A stretch of 64,000 bases of DNA from positions 1,426,001 through 1,490,000 of the forward strand of contig OZ024748.1 of the NCBI GenBank assembly GCA_964016885.1, written 5' to 3'. The number at the start of each line of letters is the position of its first letter. The stretch's first letter is position 1. This document shows, in pieces, positions 30,586 through 42,228 of the stretch. This DNA is from Eledone cirrhosa (Eukaryota). Under the pieces are notes generated by a model. That model saw only the letters and a list, made by a program, of their open reading frames with translations, was not told where the DNA came from and searched no databases. A program made the position numbers and the translations under genes.

Positions 30586-31305
30586 TTAACCCTTTAGCAT
30601 TTACATTACACTATATATACTATTGTATTTTCATGGAGGCACATGGCTTAGTGGTTAGAGCATTGGCCTTGCAATCGAAAGGTTGTGAGTTCAATTCTCA
30701 GACCGGGTGATGTGTTGTTTCCTTGAGCAAGACACTTTATTTCACATTGCTCCAGTTTACTCAGCTGTAGAAATGAGATGATAGGGACTGGGGTCCCTAT
30801 CATTCCACTGCAAAGTGGTCGTGGAGGTGCCACGGCAAAAAAAGCACCCAGCACTCACTGTAAATGAGGTTGGTGTTAGGAAGGGCATCCAGCTGTAGAA
30901 ATCAAGCCAGAATCAGTTCCCGTCCCACCCTTGCAAGCAGGGAAAAGCGGACGTAAAATGAAATGATGATGATGAAATGATGGTAAAGGCTTTATCTCCA
31001 TAACATTTGCATTACTCTATATATACTATTGTATTTTCATGGTAAAGGCTTTATCTCACATAACATTTGCATTACTCTATACTATTGTATTTTCAAGGTA
31101 AAGGCTTTATCTCACATATTTACATTATATATACTATTGTATTTTCATGGTGAAGGCTTTGTCACATAATATCGATTATGATATTTTTTTATTTTGAGAA
31201 CAATACCTTAACATTAATATTAACAGCCGGTTACAGCAGGTTTGAATAAAAAGTGGCGAGAGAATTCTGGCCAAATACGGCCAGTTTTTAATGCTAAAAG
31301 GTTAA
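30586..31305. mobile_element. TTAA MITE copy interrupted by a SINE and with an internal triplication
   Basis: TTAA at both ends; SINE at 30638-30977; ~55-nt internal unit repeated at 30978-31170. Confidence 0.8.
30638..30977 (+). mobile_element. SINE family A copy nested in TTAA MITE
   Basis: GGCACATGGCTTAGTGGTTAGAGC...GGACGTAAAATGAAATGATGA. Confidence 0.9.
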
Positions 31306-31413
31306 TCTAATTAAGACATCACAACACTCAACTGGCCATAACCATAAGCCTGCATTCAAGAAGCCTGTCTACCCTTGTTTTTAATCTAGTTAAAACAGCA
31401 CGAGACCACTCAC

Positions 31414-31545
31414 CTGGCCATAGCCATAAGCCTGCATTTGTCTTATCTGAGTGAGTTGCTTCTGTTGCTCAAGACGTATTTGGTACTCTCTCTCCTGTTC
31501 GTGCATTCGCTGGAAAGCTAACTGGCGCTGCATCTCAAGGTATTC
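31414..31545 (-). CDS. HGS: HGS exon (coiled-coil end)
   Basis: 132 nt, EYLEMQRQLAFQRMHEQEREYQIRLEQQKQLTQIRQMQAYGYGQ|gtgagt. Confidence 0.93.
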
Positions 31546-32105
31546 CTGGTAGAAAAATGGAAGAACAACAAAAACAAATTAATACAAGAATTATAGGGTT
31601 GGTTATTGGGGTTAATAAGGAGGTGAATGGTCAGTGGGGCATATTCTGGTCCCAGTACTACTGGATCAAATCTGTAGTCAAGACATTTAGCTGAATCAGA
31701 GTTTATCTACAACTAAACAAGGAAGGGGACACTGGATAATGTAGTCCTAGATACACTATCTCAGGACAGAAATTAAGATAGCCATGGCTGGAATATCATT
31801 GATCATATGTCCACTTGGTCAGAGCTGACCTGAAGCTATACAATAATACTATCTAAATATGACAGGATAGTCATGGCTGGAATGTCCTTGATCATATGAA
31901 ACTAGACAATAATTGTTTCTACTTTTGGCACAAGGCCAACAATTACCCCAGTGCACTACTGGTGTTTTATTTTATCGACCCCGTAAGGATGAAAGGCTAA
32001 GTTAACCTCAGCTTGATTTAAACTCAGAACGTAAAGGGCCATAACTATGCTGCAAGGCATGGTGACTGACATATTTCTGCCATGGAAGGTGTGATAAAGA
32101 CGTAC

Positions 32106-32278
32106 GTGTTTCTTCTGTCGCATAATTTCCAATTTCTGTGACATTTGAATTTGTCTTAGTCGCTCTTGCTCCTCTTGTTCTCGTCTCCTCTTCTCACGAT
32201 GATCTTCCCGCAAAGCATCAAGAGCTTCCCGTGCGTCTCTCAGCTGAGCAAGTTTATCCTGGAGACATTCATAGTGGC
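32106..32278 (-). CDS. HGS: HGS exon (coiled coil)
   Basis: 173 nt, HYECLQDKLAQLRDAREALDALREDHREKRRREQEEQERLRQIQMSQKLEIMRQKKH. Confidence 0.95.
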
Positions 32279-32861
32279 CTGAAATTACATCAAGTAGACA
32301 TATACATATATGTGAGCCAGACTTTGAGTATGTGTGTGCATGTATATATATATATATATGTGCGTGTGTGAATGTCAGTGTGTGTGTGTGTGCATTGAAA
32401 GAGTGGGTATATTTTAGATGTTTAGCTGACTTCTACTAATATAGAAAAATATGTTGTGCAAGTTTATCCTGGAGACATCTATAGTGGTTTGAAATTATAT
32501 CAAGCAGGAAAAATAGACAAAAACCCTTTAGTATTTACATTACTCTATATTTACTATTGTATTTTCGCAGTAAAGGTTTTACCTAACATAATTACCTCAC
32601 ATAATATCGAATCCATGAGATTTTGATATCTATTTTGAGAACCATACCTTCACATCAGTATGAGTGGCTGCTTATAGCCGGTTTGAACAGAAACAATTCT
32701 GGTCGGATAGAGCTGGTTTAAATGCTAATGGTTAAATGTTCATGATGATGATGCTAACGAGACCAAATGTTACTTATTCCATCTACAAAACAATGGGTTA
32801 TGTACTATTAATAGTTTAGTGTACCAAAATGGAAGTCCTGAGAGGGTGGAGGGTAACTTAC

Positions 32862-33063
32862 TTCGGGCATCTTCTTGCTCTTGAATGTATTTCAGCAACT
32901 GTGGGTGCATGTTGCTAATCACGTTGAAAAGGGATTGCACAGATGTGTCGTTGGTTATACTGCGACCCCGCATTGAATTACTGCGCATGCGATTGACAAA
33001 TATCTCAACGCTACTCTGTAGAGCACCCAAGAACTGTTGTTGGTCAATATCAATATCTCCATT
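32862..33063 (-). CDS. HGS: HGS exon (helical/GAT region)
   Basis: 202 nt, ...VEIFVNRMRSNSMRGRSITNDTSVQSLFNVISNMHPQLLKYIQEQEDAR. Confidence 0.95.
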
Positions 33064-33703
33064 CTGAAATGACAGAAACAAATTCAAATTCAAATTTTAA
33101 CCCTTTTGTTGAGATATTTGTAATGAAAGACATTGCCAATAATTTTCAAATAATCAAGAATTTGTTCTGATTTAGTAATACAGCTAATATATTAAGATTG
33201 GTGTTTAGAACATAAAATATTCTTACGTAAAATTATGATGGAAAATTTTAATTTAAATATGAATTCTTTCCAAGAAACAGGTTTGTAAGAGAGAACCAAG
33301 GAATGGTTTCAGGTGATTTGCTATCAAAAAGATTAAAGATAATATTGTAGTGTTCCCCCATCACACTGGCTGAAACATGGGGGTTAAAAGAATCAACCAG
33401 AATAACACAACATTTTTCTATATATATATATATAGATATAAATAAAGATTCAGCGAGAATCGCATTTCAGCGGGCAGGAAATGCGAAGCGAAACGCAAAA
33501 ATCAGAAATGATACTGGCAAAGTGCTCAATAGTTATATATATATATTATATTATATTATATTATATCATCACCATTTTACGTCCATTCTTCCACGCTAGC
33601 ATGGGTTAGACAGGTTGTCCTGTTGTGGGCAGTGTCCAGTCAGCTGACCTCATCTTGCTCATACAAGAATTGATTCTGGCTTGATTTCTACAGCTGGATG
33701 CCC

Positions 33704-33740
<37 letters not shown>

Positions 33741-33750
33741 CTCGACCTGA

Positions 33751-33792
<42 letters not shown>

Positions 33793-33799
<7 letters not shown>

Positions 33800-35198
33800 C
33801 CCTTCAAGCTATAACAGAGGAGTTCAAGACCGGCTGCCCATGGGAACTCCTATACGCAGACGACCTGACACTCATAGCTGAATCAATGGCCGAGCTAGAG
33901 AAGAAATTCCAAACATGGAAGCATAGCCTAGAATCAAAAGGCCTTAAAATTAACCTGGCTAAGACTAAAGTTCTAGTTTGTAGGAAAGAAAATAAGGCGG
34001 CATTCCCTTCCGGGAAATGGCCATGCTCAGTGTGTAGGAAAGGCGTAGGTAGAAACTCCATTTTATGTCCCAAATGCAAAGTATGGGTGCATAAAAGATG
34101 TAGTGGGATCACAGGTAAGCTAACTAAGAACTTAGATTTTACATGTGGGCGGTGCTCTGGTGCAATAAGTAGCAGCGAGTGCCCACAAAATACTAACTCT
34201 TTCAATTGCGCAGAGGGCTCTATAGAAATAGTGGACAGCTTCCGTTACCTGGGTGACAAAATCAGCAGTGGGGGAGGGTGCTCCGAAAGTACAGTAGCTA
34301 GAGTCAGAACTGGATGGAAAAAGTTCAGAGAGCTTATACCACTATTAGCCGCTAAAGGGTTCTCCCTAAAAATGAAAGGCAGGTTGTATGATGCCTGCAT
34401 ACGAACAGCAATGTTGCATGGCAGCGAGACCTGGGCATTGTGCGCAGAGGATATACGCAGACTAGAGAGGAACGAAGCTTGCATGCTCCGCTGGATGTGT
34501 AATAGTAATATACGTGAATGGCAAAGCATAAACGAACTAAGGAAAAAATTAGAAATAAGAGGGATCAGATGTTGTTTACTCGAGAGAAGGCTACGTTGGT
34601 ACGGACACGTGATGCGCATGAAAGTCGATAGCTGTATAACAAAGTGCAGGGCAATAAAGATAGACGGTAGCCACGGAATAGGCAGACCTAGAAAATCCTG
34701 GGACGAGCTGATAAACTCCGACCTCACACACTTACACCTCTCCAAGACAATGTCACTGGACCGAGACCTTTGGCGGTACTCAGTAATAGAGAAGACCCGC
34801 CTTACCTAAATACATAGTAAAACCTACTACAGCCAGTAGGCATCTCTAACAAAATACACCCCCGTCCCACCACCCACACCCCCATCCACACCACCCCCTC
34901 CTATGTAAAGTTATGTTGGTGCCACAACATCCAGGCCGAAACAAATGAGATCGTGTAGGTGTCACGACAAAAAAACACACAGTCCACGCTGTAATGTGGC
35001 CGTGTAGGCAACACGGTAAAAACCTCCCAGCGCCACACTGTAAATGTGGTTGGTGTTAGGAAGGGCATCCAACTGTAGAAAACCTGCCAGACAGTCCTAT
35101 GCGAGCAAGACAATCACTCTTGCCTCAAGTGGGAATACCCCCGTCCAAACCCATGCAAGCGTGGAACACGGACGTTAAACGTTGATGATGATGATGAT
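33793..35198 (+). mobile_element. 5'-truncated RTE-clade LINE with open RT C-terminal ORF and 3' tail, inserted in (TA)n
   Basis: LLYADD at about 33853, INLAKTK, FRYLG, LHGSETW, RRLRWYGHV, GRPRKSW; ORF open to 34809; ends GGACGTTAAACG(TTGATGA)n. Confidence 0.92.
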
Positions 35199-36070
35199 AT
35201 AATATATATAATATATATAATATATATATATAATATATATATATAATATATATAATATAATATATATAATATAATATATATAATATATATAATATATATA
35301 TATAATATATATATATAATATATATAATATATATATATAATATATATATATAATATATATAATATATATATATAATATATATAATATATATAATATATAT
35401 ATATAATATATATATATAATATATATAATATATATATATAATATATATATATAATATATATAATATATATATATAATATATATAATATATATATATAAAA
35501 TATATAATATATATATATAATATATATAATATATATATATAATATATATAATATATATATATAATATATATAATATATAATATATAAAATATATAATATA
35601 ATATATATAATATATATATATAATATATATAATATATATATATAATATATATATATAATATATATATATAATATATATAATATATAATATATATATATAT
35701 AATATATATAATATATATATATAATATATATATATATAATATATATATATAATATATATAATATAATATATATAATATATATAATATATATAATATAATA
35801 TATATAATATATATAATATATATATATAATATATATATATATAATATATATATATAATATATATATATAATATATATAATATAATATATATAATATATAT
35901 ATATAATATATATAATATAATATATATAATATATATATATAATATATATAATATATATATATAATATATATATATATATAATATATATAATATAATATAT
36001 ATAATATATATAATATATATATATAATATATATAATATATATATATAATATATATAATATATATATAATA
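35198..36070. repeat. pure A/T (TATAA)-type microsatellite after the LINE tail
   Basis: Direct reading. Confidence 0.95.
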
Positions 36071-36327
36071 TTGGGTATGAATCAAAGTTGTAGCCACAAT
36101 ATTGCAGATACAAACAGCTTTGTAATATAGACCCAGGGTCGGTTTCAGGTGGTTAGGTATCATGTAGTACCCGAGCATGCTGGCTGAAACTTAGGGTAAC
36201 AGAATAACCCTTTCACTAAAGAAACAAAAAACAGGGTTCCTTATGGCCGCTTCTTAATGTGTTTCAAACAAAGACTGTAATAAAAGAATCATCATCAATA
36301 AGACAAAATGCAAGAATATCTCCATAC

Positions 36328-36495
36328 CATTTCATGTGTCTTCATAATCGTTGTCTTTGGTTCTGCTGTGGCAATGGGGGCGGAAGGGGTTGTAGCACTA
36401 GTCTGTTCTGACCTTTGTTGCCAATAATTCCGGTTAAGGTAACGAGCAAGTTCTGGGTCCATATCTGAAGTGTCTATTGCAGGAGCCGAAACAGT
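36328..36495 (-). CDS. HGS: HGS exon (DPELARYLNR segment and PSAP motif)
   Basis: 168 nt, TVSAPAIDTSDMDPELARYLNRNYWQQRSEQTSATTPSAPIATAEPKTTIMKTHEM; PSAP is the TSG101-UEV binding motif. Confidence 0.95.
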
Positions 36496-39400
36496 CTAAA
36501 ATATAAATATATTATATCATATATATATATCTATCATATCATATATATATAAATATATTAAATATAGAAATATTCAAACTGAAATTTAGAAAGGCAGACA
36601 TGATAATTTATTACACACCACAAACTGGAAAAATACAGAAATTAATTCACATTTCAGTGCTCAATGTTTTGAGCAAACAAAAGAATAAAAAAAAGGAACT
36701 GATCATCAGATTGAACTAAAGAAACAATGTGTCCATTGGTCTCTCCATTTCTAATCTGCTGGTTGCAATAATAATGGTTTCTTATATAGGCACAAGGCCA
36801 GCAATTTTGGGGGAGGGGGAAGTTGATTAAATCAACCCTGTAAGGATGAAAAGCAAAGCTAACCTCGGCAGGATTTGAACTCAGGACGTAGGTATATGCT
36901 GCAAAGCATGTCCAATACTCTACCTATGCTGGTTGCAATAATGATAATGTTTTCTGATTGAAGCACAAGGCCAGCAATTTCGAAGGAGGGAGAAGTCAAT
37001 TATATCAACCCCAGTGCATTACTGGTACTTTATTTTACTGATCCTTGATGGATGAAAGTTAAAGTTGACAATGGCAAGATTCAAACAAAGAACTGGAATA
37101 AATATCACCATCATTTAATGTCTCCTTTCCCAGCAAAATATTTTGCCCAAATGCTCTAACAATTCTGTGAATCCACTGCCCTATTGTTTCTAACAGAAAT
37201 AAAAACCAGAATTTTTAGGGGCGGGGGAGGTAAATAGTCGATTAAATTGCTCCTAGAAAGAATTTGAACTCAGAATATATTAATTCTGGTGCTCTCTGTT
37301 CTAGTTTAAATTCTAATGAGGTGAACTTTGCTTCTCATCCATCCTACACCATAAAATAAAGCAAATATGTGTATGTATATATGTGCGTGTGTATGTGTGT
37401 GTGTATATTCCACACTAAGGGACATTTTTACTCAATCTTGATGGGACTGATGAAAATGAATTAATTAAAATTATCAATTACATTTATCTTGTTAATGAAA
37501 TGTATGTAGGGTTAAAAATGTCTTGAATTCAGCTTGGCACCAATGACATAGCAACTCATTTCTACAGCTGAGTAAACTGGAACTATGTGAAATAAAGTGT
37601 CTTGCTCAAGAACACAACGTATCAGCCGGTCCAAGAATGGAACTCACAACCTCCCGACTGCAAGCTCAATGCTCTAACCACTAAACCATGTGTTTGTCTG
37701 TATGTAGAGCTAGATATTGTTGACTGAAAAGTTAAGTGTGTTTCACAATCATTAGGTTCCAAGTTCAATCCCACTGAGTGACATCTCAGTCATCTATATA
37801 CTACTAAAACTCTGTGATTGTGTGCTTGTCTGTAATTTAATACAACCAAAACAGCGCATAATGGGAACATACTTTGAAAGGAAGTTACCCCTGAAATGGG
37901 AATACAAATGGAGTAAAACAAGTTTCGCGTAAATTGGAGCCGGGTTCCCGAGATACAGGGTTTTTCCAGGTACCTTCATAAATAGCCAACAGCTCCGTGA
38001 TAACTCCCTCTCTTTCTCTATATATATCATAACCCTCTCTCTGTGTATATTATAACCCTCTCTATATATATATTACTAGACTACCCGTGACCTGTTGGTT
38101 GGTCTAGTTTACCATAACCTCAAGTCAAACCATGGCTTGTGGGTAAAATAGAGTAGATGGAAACCCATTGGAAGGACTGTACTGGTAATTCAAAGGATCA
38201 GGCTTGTTACACACCATTTAACACTGAACCTCACTGAGAATTATGTTAAGAGTAAGAGCAGATGTATTTCTGGAATACTCAACCAATCACTTGTTATATA
38301 TATATATATATATATATGCATATATATATATATACACCTGTGTCATAGTTGAGTTTAAAGCTTGTTTTTTCTTCATGATCATTCTGCTGTATCTACAATT
38401 TAACTAGAATACAAATAAATATCTGTTCTAAACGGTAACAATCTAAAACAAATTACAACTCTACTAATATGAGGAAGTGGCAATACATACATTATCTCTA
38501 GATTTGGTTATTACCAATGAATGCATGCATGATCCTGTAACTCCTGAAGTCAAAGGGGCATCATATTGACATACAGCTTTTCACTGAGCATTTTTAAATC
38601 TGGCAGAGCCCATCTCATTCCTAATGAAGTCCTAGGGTTCCCGACAAACTCATAAGGTTCTTAATAGCCACTAACAGGACTGCCCTAATTAACTCAGTCT
38701 CTTATATTGATTCAAATATTAACTGAACAAAATGCTCAACTTCATTGGTATAATTTAAAAACAATTTTAATATGTACATGTATGTCATCATTCCCAATCA
38801 ATATCTCAACAAAAAGATCATTTAAAAACAATTTTTTTTACACAAAAATTCTAGTTAATCTAGTGTTATTTATAGTATTATTGTTTGTGTGCCATATCTC
38901 TATGTATGAGTACTATCATATTCAATAGAGAGACAGGTTTGCCTTAATAAACAACCACAAAACATCTCGTATCTGTTAAACAACTACAGACTACCTAAGA
39001 TATGTTGTTATAATTTATATTCGGGTGTCGATGAAATGAATACCGGTATTTCAATCGAATAATAAATCACTCCCACAAATGTTGGTAAATTCTTATCAAT
39101 TACATCCGTCTCCAAGATAGACCTAACAACTTATAAAAAAAATATACCAATCAGGGAAAAACGGACGTAAAATGATGAATAAGTCGACCCGACCCTCTAT
39201 TTTATGTTTGAGAAATAGGCAAAAATCCAAACTCCACTTATAAGTCGAGGCAGCTAAACAACGCATTGTTTAAATGACATATATAAGTCGAGCCCCCCCC
39301 TTTTTTTTTCCATTTTATCACCGGTTTGAGAGGGCAGAGTCATATTCCTCGACTTATATTCGAGTACATACAGCATATTTTAAGGATAGTTCGTTGATAA

Positions 39401-40020
39401 GTTTGGTTAAAATTTTAAAGGTGAAACTTATATTTATCCTATGAATTTTTGTTTGAACAAATATGGCCTTGAGAACGGTCATGAATTACTCGTTGGTTTT
39501 TGTTTTTATTATTGACACCAGAAAACTCCCTAACACCTGTCTCTGAGATGGGTTTAATAATATAGTATTTACACAAATGTGCTGTGGGCTTGTGCCATCA
39601 AATTAAACCCCTATGACACAAAACTTCGTATTATTTTGTCACCTTTCCAAAAAACGCCATATGTCGCTACGGTTCCCTGGAGATAGAGAGTTAGAAAGAA
39701 ACAATTATATTAGAGTCCGTAACAACCACATTCCTCACCCGTCCCCTCATATAGTTAAAGAGAAAAAAATTGACAACAGAATTTGAATACGGCAGGTAAA
39801 TGTTGAAGCTTGTTTTTGTTTTAGTTAATTCTTTATCGAGTAAATTATATTTCATAATATTCATAAGCTATAAATGGATGACTTAGTCACCATTGACGAC
39901 GCTCAAGTATCAGTCAACTGACATACACACACATTATACATACATATATATATATAAGGAAAACTTGAACCGTTAAGGTATCTTTTCTTGATTATGTCAA
40001 AATTTATAAAACAAACTTTG

Positions 40021-40081
40021 TATTTTATCTGATGAGAGCGTACCAAAGTTTTGGTACCCTTGAAATATATATAATAGAATA
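40021..40081 (+). ncRNA. minimal type-I hammerhead ribozyme motif (Penelope-like element style)
   Basis: TATTTTAT-CTGATGA-GAGCGTACCAAA(GT)TTTGGTACCCTT-GAAA-TATATA-TA-ATAGAATA: stem I, core, stem II, palindromic stem III, UA cleavage site. Confidence 0.7.
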
Positions 40082-40123
40082 AATATGGTTTTATAAATAT
40101 AGTTTCCATTTATTTAATATCAT

Positions 40124-40170
<47 letters not shown>

Positions 40171-40627
40171 GATAAAGATCCCATAACTCCTTGTGGAGTC
40201 GTAGAGACACCGTTAAACGGTGTGTCTAGGGCACTTTTAAACCCGGCAGAGCACAACCCTCTCCAGATCTCAACACAGCCGATTTTATCTATAGAGCAAG
40301 AATCGAGCCCAGTACTAGATTCGTATTTTTTTTATCGACCTCAAAAGGATAAAAAGCAAAGTTGACTCCGGCGGGATTTGAACTCAGAATTAGCAGATAC
40401 TAATTGAATTGTTTGAGGCAATCACAAAGGACTCAACTGGGCGAGAAATTAATACATTGTCGTCCAGAGTAAACACAAAAGTTAATAACGTGTGACAAAA
40501 GAAAACCGACCAAAAGCAGTGGCCATACTTATACCACAACAACGAGAAATACAAATAGGTTGAAGACATATATATATAAATAAAATAACAGGAGGCTGGA
40601 CTGGTGTAAATCCTTGAAAAGTTTATT

Positions 40628-40685
40628 ATACTATGATCATTTCAATGACCGGGTTCCGTATGAATCCGGTGATATCATCAGGTAT
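40628..40685 (-). ncRNA. mirror hammerhead motif in left arm of long palindrome (sense to HGS)
   Basis: Reverse complement of 40803-40860. Confidence 0.55.
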
Positions 40686-40802
40686 TCGAAATGTAACAAA
40701 GGAATATATAAAATCCATGGGTCCGAAATCAGAGACAGAGACTCTGTCTCTGTCTCTGATTTCGGACCCATGGATTTTATATATTCCTTTGTTACATTTC
40801 GA

Positions 40803-40860
40803 ATACCTGATGATATCACCGGATTCATACGGAACCCGGTCATTGAAATGATCATAGTAT
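40803..40860 (+). ncRNA. hammerhead motif in right arm of long palindrome (third family)
   Basis: ATAC-CTGATGA-TATCACCGG...CCGGTCATT-GAAA-TGATCA-TA-GTAT. Confidence 0.55.
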
Positions 40861-41510
40861 AATAAACTTTTCAAGGATTTACACCAGTCCAGCCTCCTGT
40901 TATTTTATTTATAATAATTAACTCCGTACCACCAACTACACAAACGAAGACGAGTGAACTGCACTACGTTGAGTACTCTCCATAATATTACATCAAGATT
41001 GACCATACGGAATGACCAATTCTATGCAGTGGTGAACCAACAAACCTAAATATATATATATATATATATATATATACTCAGTCCGTGGGATGAGTTAAGT
41101 ATATTATATGACCTGCCGTTACAACAACACGGAATCGGCTGGCCATCCCCGAATCAAAATCGGTCCTTTATTTTTTATTCTTTGTGTTCACTAAAATCAT
41201 GTTCTCATATATAATTCTAAAATTAAAACCTGTTTAATTCGGATGATGAAGCTGGGCCATTGAAATATGTATAGTGTTTTCGAGGAATTAAAATCAGAGT
41301 TTCTAGTCCGGCCTTCTGATGATGTTTTTAATATATACAAAGTTTAATATAGAAATGGCTTCTACAGAACTAGAACTGTTTCATTCAAAAGAAATCATTT
41401 TGAATGAAACAGTTCTAGTCCTGTAGACGCCATTTCTATATTAAACTTGATGTTTACACTCTACTTGAATACCTTACTTACTGTGGTTACCTCCGATTGA
41501 ACCCGGGACT

Positions 41511-41551
<41 letters not shown>

Positions 41552-41871
41552 CATTGAAGTCAATGTCCCAGCATTGTCAATCCCAGCATTGTTACAGTAA
41601 AGTGTCCGGAACCAGAATATTAAAAGAATGTTATATAAAGTTCTTTTTTTTTTCTTCTTTTTACATTTGAAAAGAAGGCATTGCTAGCGTGAGGCGTCAA
41701 TAATTTTCTGTCGATAACAAGGTAGGTACCAAACGACATTGTTTCATGGTTAATAATACTAATAATAAATACACAACTCTTTTGTGTTAACAACAAAACG
41801 AGTGACACCCAACAACAATTAATTAGCATGCCAAAAAGAGAGAAAGAAAAAGAACGAACAGTGACTGCGTG

Positions 41872-41910
<39 letters not shown>

Positions 41911-41979
41911 TTCCAATCTACTGTAAAACTCTTTGATATACTCATTGAATCTTGTTTAACTCTTTAATATATATATATT

Positions 41980-42059
41980 TACAGGGTGTCCCAAAAAATG
42001 TATACACACTTTGATTATATTTATATTGACGTGTGTATACATTTTTGGGATACCCTGTA
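41980..42059. mobile_element. tiny Tc1/mariner MITE; relative at about 43428-43527
   Basis: TA|CAGGGTGTCCCAAAAAATGTATACAC...GTGTATACATTTTTGGGATACCCTG|TA. Confidence 0.75.
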
Positions 42060-42189
42060 TATCTATCTATATATATACATACACACATATCTATGTATAT
42101 AGTTTATTTTGGTTGTATGTGGTTAGTAGAGATGATGGATGTGAACGAAAATCTTTCAAGCAGATCAAGATTGTATATGTTGACAACTA

Positions 42190-42228
<39 letters not shown>

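Larger units (their letters stand above)
40575..40913. repeat. long inverted repeat: 168-bp arms, 3-nt spacer
   Basis: Arms are reverse complements around centre 40744; the ORF track gives near-identical peptides on both strands. Confidence 0.95.

Noticed and set aside
33804-34745. Minus-strand ORFs of 133 and 166 aa
   Set aside because: Antisense shadows of the RTE ORF
38338-38403. Possible extra in-frame HGS exon LNCRYSRMIMKKKQALNSTMTQ
   Set aside because: Phase-compatible AG/GT, but the donor is weak and abuts a TA repeat, and there is no HGS similarity; not supportable without RNA data
40614-40874. Mirror-image 72-82 aa ORFs on both strands
   Set aside because: Consequence of the palindrome; no protein-family features
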